DNA of 32,000 nucleotides from Dickeya solani IPO 2222 (GTDB lineage: Bacteria; Pseudomonadota; Gammaproteobacteria; Enterobacterales; Enterobacteriaceae), in contig NZ_CP015137.1 of the NCBI RefSeq assembly GCF_001644705.1, forward strand, positions 600,001 to 632,000, given 5' to 3'. The notes under the pieces are model-generated. The model searched no databases. It was not told the DNA's origin and saw only the letters and a list, made by a program, of their open reading frames with translations. How positions within the stretch are numbered: the stretch's first letter is position 1; every line of letters starts with the position of its first letter. This document shows positions 9,041 to 19,143 of this stretch, in pieces. Both the position numbers and the translations under genes were made by a program.

Positions 9041-9118
9041 TTGGAAGCGAAGAGCAAGATGTTGAAACGAGAAGCCAGATGTTAAAGCGAAAGCCAAATG
9101 TTGAAGCGAAAGCCAGAT
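9041..9118. repeat. Four tandem ~19-20-bp direct repeats, consensus GTTGAAGCGA(G)AAGCCAGAT
   Basis: Read directly from the sequence: TTGGAAGCGAAGAGCAAGAT / GTTGAAACGAGAAGCCAGAT / GTTAAAGCGAAAGCCAAAT / GTTGAAGCGAAAGCCAGAT. They lie in the azoR-pirin intergenic region and end 13 nt before the pirin start codon. Confidence 0.85.
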
Positions 9119-9190
9119 CGAGCGGCGCCGATACCCATCAATGACCGGTCGGCACCGCGCAACGCAACGCCGGTAAACCCAGACGGTAAG

Positions 9191-9802
9191 TCAGGCGATA
9201 AGCGCGTCGATTTCCACTCTGGCCTTTGCCATCGCGGCGGTTTTCGCTTCATCGCCCAGTGCCAGACCTTCCGCACGAATAATGGTGATGTCGGTCAGAC
9301 CGATGAAATTGAGCGCGGCCGTCAGATAGGGTTCCTGATGATCGAATTGAGCCGCAGGGCTGTCGCTGCTGTAGATGCCGCCGCGTGCCGAAGCGATGAA
9401 AACCTTCTTGCCTGCCGGCAGCAGCCCTTCCGGCCCATGTTCGGTGTAGCGGAAGGTATGCCCGGCGACCAGCACGCGATCAATCCAACCTTTTAGCTGG
9501 GAAGAGATCGAGAAATTGTACATCGGCGCGCCAATGACGATAACGTCGGCGGCGAACAGCTCGTTGATGTAAGCGCCGCCGAGGGCGATGTCCTGCCCAA
9601 GCGCCGGCGTGCCGGGCGTTCCGCCCTGAAAGACGGCGAGATGGTCGGGGGACAGGTGCCATGCCGCATCAGCGACAAGATCCCGACGAATAACGGTTTT
9701 CCCCGGATGAATGTTGAGTTGTCTGGCTACAATGTCGGCCGACAGCAGGCGGCTCACGGAATGGCTGCCAAGAATGCTGGAATCAATATGCAGGATGCTC
9801 AC
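9191..9802 (-). CDS. azoR: FMN-dependent NADH-azoreductase / quinone reductase
   Basis: ILHIDSSILG...APMYNFSISSQLKGWIDRVLVAGHTFRYTEHGPEGLLPAGKKVFIASARGG aligns with remembered E. coli AzoR (AcpD). GTG start with an AAGGAG RBS. Confidence 0.85.
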   Translation of the reverse strand: MSILHIDSSILGSHSVSRLLSADIVARQLNIHPGKTVIRRDLVADAAWHLSPDHLAVFQGGTPGTPALGQDIALGGAYINELFAADVIVIGAPMYNFSISSQLKGWIDRVLVAGHTFRYTEHGPEGLLPAGKKVFIASARGGIYSSDSPAAQFDHQEPYLTAALNFIGLTDITIIRAEGLALGDEAKTAAMAKARVEIDALIA

Positions 9803-9937
9803 TGGTAGATCTCCTTAACAAGGCCGGAACAGGCCGGTGAGTGGATGACGACTGGAGTATTTCACCCTGCAATAAATCTGAATAGACGCTATATTTTTAT
9901 ACATACCATCTCAATTTCAGATACATCAGGATTCCAA

Positions 9938-10846
9938 ATGCTCGATGGCGTATCGCTGGATCAATTACGAACGTTCATTACTGCGGTTGATGAAGGAAGT
10001 TTCTCGGCGGCGGCGCGCCGACTCAGGCGTGCGCAATCCGCCATCAGCGAGCTGGTGCGCAGTCTGGAAGAACAGCTCGACGTTACGCTTTTTGATCGCA
10101 CCGGCCGCTACCCGCGGCTGACGCCGGTGGGCACCGCGTTACTGGCCAACGCCCGCGATATCGTTGCCGGCGTTGATGCCATGAAATCACGCGCCAAAGG
10201 CATGGCCGCCGGGCTGGAGCCCGAGCTGACCATCGTGGTTGACGTTTTCTACCCCATTGACGTGCTGACTAACGCGGCCAAAGCGTTTCGTGAACAGTTT
10301 CCCAACGTGCCATTACGCATCTATGTTGAGGCATTGGGTGCGGCGTATCAGCCGGTACTGGACCGGCATGCCAGCGTTGGGATCGTCAGTTTTCTGCCGG
10401 TGACGCCACCGGGCATCGTCACCGAGCCATTAGGCCGCATCACCCTCGCCATGGTCGCCGCCGCGGACCACCCGCTCGCCGCATTTCAGGGGCCGATCCC
10501 CAGACAGGAACTCGCCAGGCATGTCCAACTGGTACTGACCGATCGCTCAGAGCACTCCAGGGGGCGAGAGTTTGGCGTCATGTCCCCCAAAACCTGGCGG
10601 CTGGCGGACCTGTTTGCCAAACATGCTTTTTTGCTCAATGGGTTGGGATGGGGCGGCATGCCGATGCATACCATCCAGTCGGACCTTGATAGTGGCCGGC
10701 TCGTTAAACTCACCATCGAAGATGAACCCGTCAACGAACCGTCCATGCTGATGTCGGCCGTGTATCGGATTGACAACCAGCCAGGTCCCGCCGGTCGCTG
10801 GCTTATCGAGCACATGACCGCATGCTCCCGCCACCGATCAGCCTGA
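9938..10846 (+). CDS. LysR-family transcriptional regulator, divergent from azoR
   Basis: The N-terminal wHTH LDQLRTFITAVDEGSFSAAARRLRRAQSAISELVRSLEEQLDVTLFDR is followed by a LysR substrate-binding domain. The ATG at 9938 has a CAGGA RBS; the ORF-track start at 9845 is an unlikely extension. Confidence 0.85.
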   Translation: MLDGVSLDQLRTFITAVDEGSFSAAARRLRRAQSAISELVRSLEEQLDVTLFDRTGRYPRLTPVGTALLANARDIVAGVDAMKSRAKGMAAGLEPELTIVVDVFYPIDVLTNAAKAFREQFPNVPLRIYVEALGAAYQPVLDRHASVGIVSFLPVTPPGIVTEPLGRITLAMVAAADHPLAAFQGPIPRQELARHVQLVLTDRSEHSRGREFGVMSPKTWRLADLFAKHAFLLNGLGWGGMPMHTIQSDLDSGRLVKLTIEDEPVNEPSMLMSAVYRIDNQPGPAGRWLIEHMTACSRHRSA

Positions 10847-10851
10847 ATGCG

Positions 10852-10879
10852 CGGTGCAGCGGCGGACGCCGCTGCACCG
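10852..10879. terminator. GC-rich perfect hairpin between convergent genes (terminator-like, no U-tract)
   Basis: CGGTGCAGCGGCG (10852-10864) pairs with CGCCGCTGCACCG (10867-10879). It sits 6 nt after the LysR stop. It lacks a flanking T-run on either strand, so its function is uncertain. Confidence 0.35.
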
Positions 10880-10930
10880 GTAAGCCGTATCCCGCAACAG
10901 CGGATAAGGGAAAAGGTTATCGCCCCGGCG

Positions 10931-11689
10931 TCAGTGGGCACGTAATTCAGACAAGAATTTCTGCGCCCGTTCACTCTGCGGATGAGTAAAAAAGTCTTCG
11001 GGCTTGCCGGTTTCGATAAGGGTTCCCCTGTCCATAAACCAAATGGTATCCGCAACGTCACGCGCAAAATTCATTTCATGTGTGACGCACATCATCGTCA
11101 TGCCGTCACGGGCCAGACTCTTCATCACCTGCAAAACCTCCCCGACCATTTCCGGATCCAGCGCGCTGGTCGGTTCGTCAAACAGCATGACCGGCGGGTC
11201 CATCGCCAGCGCCCGTGCAATCGCGACACGCTGCTGCTGTCCCCCGGATAGCTGACCGGGATAGGCATCCGCCTTATCCGCCAGACCAACCCGCTCAAGC
11301 AGTTCCACCGCACGGATGCGCGCTCGTGGGCGACCGTGCTTTCTCACGTTAACCGGTGCCAGCATGATGTTATCCGCCACGGAAAGATGAGGGAACAGAT
11401 TGAAACTCTGGAAGACAAACCCGACATTACAACGATAGTCGTTAATATTCAGGTTGGCGGAATGTATATCCCGGCCATCAAAATTAATGATGCCACTCTG
11501 AATTTCTTCCAGCCGGTTTACCGTTCGAATCAAGGTCGACTTCCCCGACCCTGATGGCCCGCAAACCACCACCACTCCACCTAATCTGATCTCTGCCGTG
11601 ATATTATTGAGGGCGTGATAATCGCCGTACCACTTATTCACGCCGACAAAGGTAATCATCGGAGGAGAGTTATGTTTTATCGTTGACAT
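10931..11689 (-). CDS. Polar amino-acid ABC transporter ATP-binding protein (GlnQ/HisP-like)
   Basis: Walker [10 protein letters not shown], signature [15 protein letters not shown], Walker [13 protein letters not shown]-loop VTHEM. Confidence 0.9.
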   Translation of the reverse strand: MSTIKHNSPPMITFVGVNKWYGDYHALNNITAEIRLGGVVVVCGPSGSGKSTLIRTVNRLEEIQSGIINFDGRDIHSANLNINDYRCNVGFVFQSFNLFPHLSVADNIMLAPVNVRKHGRPRARIRAVELLERVGLADKADAYPGQLSGGQQQRVAIARALAMDPPVMLFDEPTSALDPEMVGEVLQVMKSLARDGMTMMCVTHEMNFARDVADTIWFMDRGTLIETGKPEDFFTHPQSERAQKFLSELRAH

Positions 11690-11715
11690 AAAAATACCTT
11701 AGAATGAATAACCGC

Positions 11716-12420
11716 TCAGGAAATTCCAGCACGCTTATAAGAAATACGACGTTCGATATAACGTGAAAACTGAGTCAAGAAATAACCCAATATGAAATAG
11801 ATAATCGCCAACAGAAAAAACACCTGAAAAGATTTAGTGAGCAGTGCATTGTTAATCTGATTCGCCGCATACGTCAATTCATTGACGCTGATAATGTAAG
11901 CCAGAGACGTATCTTTAATAACGGATATAAACTGCCCAATTAATGCAGGGATCATGTTATACAGCGCCTGAGGTAAAATAACTTTTTTTATCGACTGGAT
12001 ATAGCTTAACCCTACCGCACGTGACGCCTCCATCTGCCCTTTCGGCAATCCCTGGATCCCGGCTCGTATAATTTCTGAAATATAAGCCCCTTCATAAATG
12101 ACCAGGGTGATCAGCATGGTCGAAAAACCGCTGATGGCGTGACCAATTAATGCCGGAACAAAAAAATAAACCCAGAAAATAAACATAAGCAGCGGCACAC
12201 CACGCACCAGGTACACCATCCAGGTCGCCGGACGGCTTAACCAGGGGAACGGGCTGATACGCGCCATCGCCAGCAGGACGCCCAGCGGAAAAGCCAATGC
12301 GATTCCCAGTGCAGACAATATCAGCGTGATCACAATCCCGCCGAGAGGCCCTTCCGGGTATTGTCCGATTAACAGCAACAGTCCGTTATCGCGTAAGATA
12401 TGTATCATATCGTCCATCAT
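11716..12420 (-). CDS. Amino-acid ABC transporter permease (His/Glu/Gln/Arg/opine family)
   Basis: Multi-TM protein with the EAA-type loop (EASRAVGLSYIQSIKKVILPQA). Its start overlaps the upstream permease stop by 1 nt (TAATG). Confidence 0.85.
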   Translation of the reverse strand: MMDDMIHILRDNGLLLLIGQYPEGPLGGIVITLILSALGIALAFPLGVLLAMARISPFPWLSRPATWMVYLVRGVPLLMFIFWVYFFVPALIGHAISGFSTMLITLVIYEGAYISEIIRAGIQGLPKGQMEASRAVGLSYIQSIKKVILPQALYNMIPALIGQFISVIKDTSLAYIISVNELTYAANQINNALLTKSFQVFFLLAIIYFILGYFLTQFSRYIERRISYKRAGIS

Positions 12421-13112
12421 TACCTCGACTGAATACGATAACGTTGTTCAAGCACACTTCCCGTGTACATAATAAGTAGCGAAACCGCGAGATAAATCAG
12501 TGTCGCCAATAAATACACTTCCACGGTGTGGAATGACTCACTTTCTATTTCCCGGGTAACATAGGTCAGTTCGGTCAGCCCAATCGCCATTGCCAGACTG
12601 CTATTCTTGAACAGTAAAACGGAATGATTCACCAATGCCGGCAAGGCTATCCTCAGAGCCTGAGGAATCATCACCAGACGGGCCGTTTTGAGATAACTCA
12701 AACCAAGCGCCCGTGACGTTTCGTACTGCGCATAAGGAATAGAACGAATACCTCCCCGTAAATCCTCCGACATATAGGCTGACATGGTTAGCCCGATGGA
12801 GATAAACGCACACAGAAATTCACCGTGGTGTTCGTTAATCCAGCGCTGCATGTCGGCGGGAAGCAGAGCGGGAATACCGAAATACCAGATAAATAACTGC
12901 ACCAGCATAGGAACGTTCTGGTGGTATTCCACATAAATTGCCACAATAGGGTGAAACAGTTTTTGATTACTCATCCGAATAATCGCTAATACTGCACCAA
13001 GCACCATTGCCAGCAACCAGGAGCACAGCGACAACCCCAGCATAGTGAGAAACCCACTCATAATCCTTGAGGGATAATCCCCGCTTAGCAGGACAGAAAA
13101 ATCCAGCGACAT
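12420..13112 (-). CDS. Amino-acid ABC transporter permease (His/Glu/Gln/Arg/opine family)
   Basis: Multi-TM protein with the EAA-type loop (ETSRALGLSYLKTARLVMIPQALR). Confidence 0.85.
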   Translation of the reverse strand: MSLDFSVLLSGDYPSRIMSGFLTMLGLSLCSWLLAMVLGAVLAIIRMSNQKLFHPIVAIYVEYHQNVPMLVQLFIWYFGIPALLPADMQRWINEHHGEFLCAFISIGLTMSAYMSEDLRGGIRSIPYAQYETSRALGLSYLKTARLVMIPQALRIALPALVNHSVLLFKNSSLAMAIGLTELTYVTREIESESFHTVEVYLLATLIYLAVSLLIMYTGSVLEQRYRIQSR

Positions 13113-13183
13113 AGTTCTAACCTTTAATCATGCTACTCAAGATAACGCTGTTATTTTAGGTAGGGCACAATGAAGCATTGATA

Positions 13184-13996
13184 TTAATCAATAGGTTTGA
13201 TAGTAAAAGTCCGCTGCAATTTATAAGGTGTATTGGGACCTACCCATTTATCAAAAATTTTGGTTGCTTCGCCAGACTTTTCCATATTCCCGAGAATTTC
13301 ATTTACCTTGTCAATGAATGCGGTTTCGCCTTTACGCATTCCCAGCCCCCAATGCTCAACCATAATTTCCGGCTCAAGAATATCGAGGCTGTCTTTGCCC
13401 GTAAGCTGATTTTTATATTTCACCAACATCAGTTCGCCAAGCGCAATGCCATCAACTTTACTTTGCTGCAACGCCAGAAACGCGGTCGGCGGGTCCTGGA
13501 ATGTCATGGTAGGCGATGCAGGCAGGACTTTTTTAACCGCCATTTCCGAGGTTGATCCTTTAGGTGCGCTAATGCGTTTTCCTGACAACGCATAAATATC
13601 CTTGAACCCGTCACTATGCCGCGCGGCAATTTTTGTCAGACTGAGATAATATTGATCGCTATAGGCAATCTGCTGAGCACGTTCGGGCGTCCATCCCAAC
13701 GCCGCCGCCAGAATATCAACGCGCCCCTGAATCAATTCAGGAATACGGGCCGGGACGGAAATTTGTTTCAGTTCCAGTTTAACGCCCAAACCGTCAGCGA
13801 TGGATTGACAAAAATCCACGTCATACCCCTCCAGCTGCCGAGTTTCCGGATGAGTAAAGCTAAATGGTTCGGTAGTACCTAACGTACCACACACCAATAC
13901 GCCTTTAGCTTTTATATCAGCCAGCTGATCGGCCGAAGCCTGCATGGTGGTAAAAATAGAGCCAAATACAATTAACGATGCAAGTAAGCGACGCAT
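13184..13996 (-). CDS. Periplasmic polar amino-acid-binding protein (SBP family 3)
   Basis: Signal peptide MRRLLASLIVFGSIFTTMQASA. The mature part has SBP_bac_3 features (KGVLVCGTLGTTEPFSF...GYDVDFCQSIADGLGVK). GAGGA RBS. Confidence 0.85.
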   Translation of the reverse strand: MRRLLASLIVFGSIFTTMQASADQLADIKAKGVLVCGTLGTTEPFSFTHPETRQLEGYDVDFCQSIADGLGVKLELKQISVPARIPELIQGRVDILAAALGWTPERAQQIAYSDQYYLSLTKIAARHSDGFKDIYALSGKRISAPKGSTSEMAVKKVLPASPTMTFQDPPTAFLALQQSKVDGIALGELMLVKYKNQLTGKDSLDILEPEIMVEHWGLGMRKGETAFIDKVNEILGNMEKSGEATKIFDKWVGPNTPYKLQRTFTIKPID

Positions 13997-14087
13997 ATAA
14001 TTTCCTCTTGTTTTACATTTATCATGTGTAATACCCCGGTCTAAATATCATCCTACTCAGAGTTAAAAATAAAAAAAACGATTTAAA

Positions 14088-14129
14088 TTTATTGTTTTAA
14101 ATTCCAAAAAGAGATTTAATAACAATAAA
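14088..14129. promoter_or_regulatory. AT-rich 15/16-bp inverted repeat in the SBP / LysR-1 divergent control region
   Basis: TTTATTGTTTTAAAT (14088-14102), an 11-nt loop, then ATTTAATAACAATAAA (14114-14129). This gives 15 bp of complementarity with one bulged T, ending 21 nt before the LysR start. Confidence 0.35.
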
Positions 14130-14150
14130 CTCATTTATGCCGGTGCAAAC

Positions 14151-15050
14151 ATGACATTTAAACAACTAGAAGCACTCTATTGGGTCGCACAGTTAGGTGG
14201 CTTTCAGCTTGCTGCACTAAAATTGCACACAACGCAGTCAGCAATATCAAAAAGAATACAGGAGCTGGAAAATATATTAGGCATTCCACTGTTTGACAGA
14301 AATCAGCGCGCCTCCCGATTAACGGAAAAAGGCGAAGAAATGTTAATTCTGGCAAAAAGAATTCTGGATATGCGCGCATCAGCATTAGAGCAAATCAGCT
14401 CTCCTGATATCATTGAGCGCTCCATTCGAATCGGCGTTACAGAATTAACGGCAATGACCTGGCTGCCGCGCCTGGTTAGCCTGATACAAAGTCACTATCC
14501 GCGTGTGACGCTGGAACCTGATGTTGATATGAGCATTAATCTCAGAGAAAAATTACTGACTGATCATATTGATTTAATGATCGTGCCTGACGCATTTGCA
14601 GAACCACAGCTGGTATCTCAACCGGTTGGAAAAGTCGATAACGTATGGATGTGTAAGCCGGGTTTGCTTGATAATACAGGTGAGACGATTCGCCTGCACG
14701 AATTAGGCGAGCATAAATTACTCATGGATAAATCAGGACCTGGGTTGATCTATCACCGCTGGTTTAAAATGCTTGGTTTTAGCCCCGAGCATAAAATGGT
14801 GAGTAACAGTATCGTGGCACTATTGGCGCTGACAATATCAGGATTAGGGATAAGCTATTTCCCCAAAAATTGCCTTCAAAGGCTGGTTGACGCGGGAATG
14901 CTAGTCGAACTGAATGTCACCCCGGTACTCCCGCCAATAACCTATGTTGCCATCTATAAATCAGATGTTCGCAGCGAACTGATATCGTCGATTATCATGC
15001 TGGCACAAAATTGCTGTAACTTTAATACGATACTCAGTAGTGACCTATAA
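14151..15050 (+). CDS. LysR-family transcriptional regulator (paralogue 1, 299 aa)
   Basis: wHTH FKQLEALYWVAQLGGFQLAALKLHTTQSAISKRIQELENILGIPLFDR. It shares the block GVTELTAMTWLP and the same length with the LysR at 19943..20842. Confidence 0.85.
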   Translation: MTFKQLEALYWVAQLGGFQLAALKLHTTQSAISKRIQELENILGIPLFDRNQRASRLTEKGEEMLILAKRILDMRASALEQISSPDIIERSIRIGVTELTAMTWLPRLVSLIQSHYPRVTLEPDVDMSINLREKLLTDHIDLMIVPDAFAEPQLVSQPVGKVDNVWMCKPGLLDNTGETIRLHELGEHKLLMDKSGPGLIYHRWFKMLGFSPEHKMVSNSIVALLALTISGLGISYFPKNCLQRLVDAGMLVELNVTPVLPPITYVAIYKSDVRSELISSIIMLAQNCCNFNTILSSDL

Positions 15051-15102
15051 TAAAAAATCACTACTGTAAAATACCATCAGGTATCCACTATGCTTAGCGT
15101 TT

Positions 15103-15133
15103 AAAAAACCTCTTCTTATTACCTCAGAAGAGG
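15103..15133 (-). terminator. Rho-independent terminator of the catabolic operon (after the dehydrogenase gene)
   Basis: On the minus strand: CCTCTTCT, a 9-nt loop, AGAAGAGG, then TTTTTT. On the plus strand the stems are 15109-15116 and 15126-15133, with the A-run at 15103-15108. Confidence 0.7.
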
Positions 15134-15180
15134 CTTAACGAAGCAACAATCATCGGTCGTCACGTAACAACCCACACCGC

Positions 15181-16455
15181 TTACCCCGGATAAATACCTC
15201 TTTCTTTTCTTGCGGTCAGAATACGTTCACAGGCAACAATATAAGCCGCGGTTCTGAGGGTACACTGTTTTTCTTTGGCTTTATCCCAAACGTGATGAAT
15301 AGCATCGCGCATAATGTTATCCATACGCGCATTGATTTCGTCCTCTGTCCAGAAATAACTGGCGATATCCTGCACCCACTCAAAATAACTGACGGTAACC
15401 CCACCGGCATTGCAAATCACATCTGGCACCACCGTTATGCCACGCTGCGCCAAAATATCATCTGCATCCGGATACGTCGGTCCATTAGCGCCTTCAAGCA
15501 CCAGTTTACATTTAAGCCGTTGCGCCCGTCCGGCGGTAATTTGCCCCTCCAGCGCCGCCGGGATGACGATATCTGCCTCAACATCCCAGAAAGACTCATC
15601 CGCAATCGGTTCTGCCCCCGGAAAACCGGCAATCACTTTATGCGTTTTAAACCAGCTCACTAACGCGTCAATCGCTATGCCATGACCGTTATACAACGTG
15701 CCGGAATGATCCTGCACACACACCACCTGTGCACCCGCCTCGACAAACAGCAAAGCGGCTTCGCTGCCGACATTACCGAACCCCTGAACCGCGACACGGG
15801 AACCCGCCACATCAATATTCAATTGCGTGGCCACTTCCCTGCCGGTCACGAAAACGCCGCGCCCGGTCGCTTTTACTCGCCCCAGAGAGCCGCCCAGATG
15901 CACCGGTTTGCCGGTGACGACCCCGGTCACGGTGGCGCCAACATTCATGGAATACGTGTCCATGACCCACGCCATCACCTTGGCGTTCGTACCGACATCC
16001 GGAGCCGGAATATCCTGCTGCGGCCCGATGATCAGGCTGATCTCACTGGTGTAACGCCGGGTCAACCGTTCCAGTTCGCTTTCCGACAGCTTTGCCGGGT
16101 CAACCCGAATACCGCCTTTAGCGCCGCCGAATGGCAAATTCAGTGCCGCCGATTTAATGGTCATCCAGGCCGACAGCGCCATCACGTCGTTCAAATCGAC
16201 GTTCGGATGATAGCGAATGCCGCCTTTTCCCGGCCCCCGTGACAGGTTGTGCTGCACGCGGAAACCTTCAAAATGCCGAATCGTCCCGTCGTCCATCACG
16301 ACCGGGATGTCCACAATCAGTGCGCGTTTGGGGTGACGCAATGTATCAATCCAGGGAACCAATTCGCCCAGATAAGGCGCCACTCTATCGATCTGAGCCA
16401 GATAGGTGTGCCATGCATTCGCATCATGTTCATTTACATAAGAAAGCTGAGACAT
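15181..16455 (-). CDS. Glu/Leu/Phe/Val dehydrogenase family; ~424-aa catabolic (RocG/GudB-like) glutamate dehydrogenase type
   Basis: Contains [11 protein letters not shown]...[16 protein letters not shown] (catalytic Lys-Gly motif) and the nucleotide fold [12 protein letters not shown] prefer the ATG at 16455, which sits 9 nt after AAGGAG; the ORF-track start at 16473 lacks an RBS. Confidence 0.85.
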   Translation of the reverse strand: MSQLSYVNEHDANAWHTYLAQIDRVAPYLGELVPWIDTLRHPKRALIVDIPVVMDDGTIRHFEGFRVQHNLSRGPGKGGIRYHPNVDLNDVMALSAWMTIKSAALNLPFGGAKGGIRVDPAKLSESELERLTRRYTSEISLIIGPQQDIPAPDVGTNAKVMAWVMDTYSMNVGATVTGVVTGKPVHLGGSLGRVKATGRGVFVTGREVATQLNIDVAGSRVAVQGFGNVGSEAALLFVEAGAQVVCVQDHSGTLYNGHGIAIDALVSWFKTHKVIAGFPGAEPIADESFWDVEADIVIPAALEGQITAGRAQRLKCKLVLEGANGPTYPDADDILAQRGITVVPDVICNAGGVTVSYFEWVQDIASYFWTEDEINARMDNIMRDAIHHVWDKAKEKQCTLRTAAYIVACERILTARKERGIYPG

Positions 16456-16493
16456 TACCAGACGCTCCTTCATTCATTATCGGCAGTACATCA

Positions 16494-17759
16494 TCAGCGG
16501 CTTGTCAACGCCTGCTGGTGCCGCTGCGCATCAAACTTGCTTTCCCATTTCGCAATTACCAGCGGTGCCAGCTCGTTGCCTAATACATTTAATGCGGTAT
16601 TCGGCATATCCATTAAGCGGTAAACCCCGGCGATAAACGCAATTCCTTCCAACGGAATTCCGACACTGGATAATGTCACGGACAGAATGACAAACATAAA
16701 TCCCGGTACACCCGCTGCGCCTTTCGAGGTAATCACCATCGTCGCAACCAACACCAACTGGTCTGACAGCGAAAGATGGATGTTATAAATCTGAGCGATA
16801 AATAATGTTCCAATCCCCAAAAATAATGACGCGCCATCCAGATTAAAGGAATATCCCGTCGGGACGACAAAGCTGGTAATGGATTTATCGGCGCCGAAGC
16901 GTTCTACTTTCTGCATGATCTGCGGCAATACCGAGGCGGAACTGGCGCTTGAGAATGCCAGAACCAATTCACTGCGAATAAACTTGATCAGTGAAAAAAC
17001 ATTGATGCCGGAAAAGCGGGCAATCAGGCCGAAAATCACCAGAACAAATAATAATGCGGTGATATAGGTGGTAACAATCAGCTTAACCAACGGCAACAGT
17101 GATGCTGCGCCGAATGTCGATACCGTCACCCCCATCATGCCAAAAATACCGATCGGCGAGTACGCCATAATCATACTGGTGACGCGAAACATGGCATCCG
17201 CAATACCGGAAAAGACCGTAATGATGGTCTCTTTTTTCGATTTTTCTACCGCAGTCAGCCCCAAACTGAATATGACGGCGAAGAAAATCACCGGCAGAAG
17301 ATTACCGCTCGCCATAGCGGAAACAATATTATCGGGAATAATACCAAGAATAACCTGCCCCAGCCCGTGGCCATGCGCCGCCGTGCCGCCGATACCTGAT
17401 ACCGGGGTTTTCACCACCGATGACATATCGACACCTTCTCCCGGTTTGATCACATTGCCCACCACCAGCCCGCACAGAATGGCTATCGTGGTGACACTGA
17501 GGAAATAGGTTATCGTTTTTATGCCAAGGCGCCCCATCGATTTGCTGTCGCCATGTCCGGCAATGCCGACGATAAGACAAGAAAAAACAATCGGGATAAC
17601 AATCATCTTCATCAGCTTGATAAAGATATCGCCAGCCGGTTGCAAGACTTGCTCAATGATCCAATGACTGTATTCCTGATGTTGATTTAAAAAAAGTCCG
17701 ATACAAATACCGAGAAATAATCCGATAACTATTTGCCATAGTAATGATATTTTTGGCAT
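16494..17759 (-). CDS. Dicarboxylate/amino acid:cation symporter (GltP-like glutamate/aspartate transporter family)
   Basis: Collinear with remembered E. coli GltP: PAGDIFIKLMKMIVIPIVFS...VPTGYSFNLDGASL...ITSKGAAGVPG...DMPNTALNVLGN. Confidence 0.85.
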   Translation of the reverse strand: MPKISLLWQIVIGLFLGICIGLFLNQHQEYSHWIIEQVLQPAGDIFIKLMKMIVIPIVFSCLIVGIAGHGDSKSMGRLGIKTITYFLSVTTIAILCGLVVGNVIKPGEGVDMSSVVKTPVSGIGGTAAHGHGLGQVILGIIPDNIVSAMASGNLLPVIFFAVIFSLGLTAVEKSKKETIITVFSGIADAMFRVTSMIMAYSPIGIFGMMGVTVSTFGAASLLPLVKLIVTTYITALLFVLVIFGLIARFSGINVFSLIKFIRSELVLAFSSASSASVLPQIMQKVERFGADKSITSFVVPTGYSFNLDGASLFLGIGTLFIAQIYNIHLSLSDQLVLVATMVITSKGAAGVPGFMFVILSVTLSSVGIPLEGIAFIAGVYRLMDMPNTALNVLGNELAPLVIAKWESKFDAQRHQQALTSR

Positions 17760-17925
17760 AGATTTACCCTAATTAATTGGTTGTTTTGTGTGTTTGCTTT
17801 TATTGTTGTCTCTTTAATACCTCACGTTGCCGGGCGGTTGTGACTCCAGCCGCCGACATCAGCACGCGACTGGAGCGCACCCGGTTGCCGCCTGCCTGCA
17901 ACGCGAATTATTTAGGTAATAATGG

Positions 17926-19143
17926 TTAACTCAATTGACTGACTGCCGTTTTGATGCGCCGGCATCCTTCATTAATAGCGTCAAGCGAACTGGCAAAGGA
18001 AATTCGCAGGAAGGGAGACATGCCGTAAGCCCGGCCGCCTACCGTCGCAACGCCGCCGTGGGCCAATAGGTATTCGACCACATCATCATCACTCTCCAGC
18101 GCTTTTCCTGACGCGGTGACTTTACCCAGCAGCCCGCCGACATTGACATACAGATAAAACGCCCCCGCCGGCGGCGCGAAGCTGATGCCAGGTATATCGC
18201 TCAAGGCGGAGACAACCACATCACGCCGTGCTTTATAAACCTCCAGCATGGCTTTCACCGGTTGCTGCTCGCCGGCAAATGCGGCGACCGCTGCCGCCTG
18301 ACTGACCGAAGAAGGGCACGTTGTCGTCTGCGAAAGCAGTTTAGCCATCGCGGAAATCAGCCACGCCGGCCCGGCACCAAAACCAAGACACCAGCCAGTC
18401 ATGGCGTAGCCTTTAGACGCGCCATTAACAATCAGCAAGCGATCGCGCAGGTCCGGCGCCACTTCCGCCATGGAAATATGCTGGTGACCGTCATAAACAA
18501 AATGCTCGTAAATCTCATCCAGCATAATCAGCACATGCGGGTGCTGACGCAGCACCTCCGCCAGACGACTCAATTCCTGATGCGAATACACGGCGCCGCT
18601 CGGGTTATTGGGGTAATTGATCACAACCCATTTGGTCGCCGGCGTAATGGCCCGGCTCAGTGCTTCGGGCGTCAATTTGAACTGATTGACCTCATCCCCT
18701 GTAATAACGACAGGAAATGCGTCATTCAGTACCGCCAAATCGGGATAGGAAACCCAGTAAGGGGCATGAATAATGACCTCGTCCTGTGCATTCAGCGTAG
18801 CGGCGAACGCGTGAAAAATAATATGTTTTCCGCCGCTGCCGCACACAATTTCATTCAGACCATAATCCAGCCGGTTATCCCGTTTTAATTTCTGGGCGAT
18901 AGCGTTTCTCAGCGCCACGGTGCCGCTTGCCGACGTATAGTGGGTTTCGCCCTGCGTCATGGCGGTGATAGCGGCGTCGATAATATGCTGCGGCGTATCG
19001 AAATCCGGTTCGCCGATAGTGAAATTAATAATGTCTTTCCCTTCACTGCGCAGTCTGCTCACCAATTCGTTGGCCGCAATGCTGGGAGACGGTTTAATGC
19101 GTTTTAAGCGATGGGAAAGCCATGCCGAGTCAGTCATGATCAC
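17926..19143 (-). CDS. PLP-dependent class I/II aminotransferase (aspartate aminotransferase-like)
   Basis: Contains IINFTIGEPDFDTP, NYPNNPSGAVY and SKGYAMTGWCLG (the PLP-lysine SK motif). The GTG start overlaps the upstream stop (GTGA); the alternative ATG is at 19137. Confidence 0.85.
   Translation of the reverse strand: MIMTDSAWLSHRLKRIKPSPSIAANELVSRLRSEGKDIINFTIGEPDFDTPQHIIDAAITAMTQGETHYTSASGTVALRNAIAQKLKRDNRLDYGLNEIVCGSGGKHIIFHAFAATLNAQDEVIIHAPYWVSYPDLAVLNDAFPVVITGDEVNQFKLTPEALSRAITPATKWVVINYPNNPSGAVYSHQELSRLAEVLRQHPHVLIMLDEIYEHFVYDGHQHISMAEVAPDLRDRLLIVNGASKGYAMTGWCLGFGAGPAWLISAMAKLLSQTTTCPSSVSQAAAVAAFAGEQQPVKAMLEVYKARRDVVVSALSDIPGISFAPPAGAFYLYVNVGGLLGKVTASGKALESDDDVVEYLLAHGGVATVGGRAYGMSPFLRISFASSLDAINEGCRRIKTAVSQLS

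Noticed and set aside
17821-17900. GC-rich imperfect palindrome / direct repeat (GTTGCCG twice, CTCCAG and CTGGAG) between the aminotransferase and symporter genes
   Set aside because: Only a 6-bp perfect stem with many mismatches beyond it, and no U-tract. It could be a degenerate REP-like element or an internal processing site, but the support is too weak.
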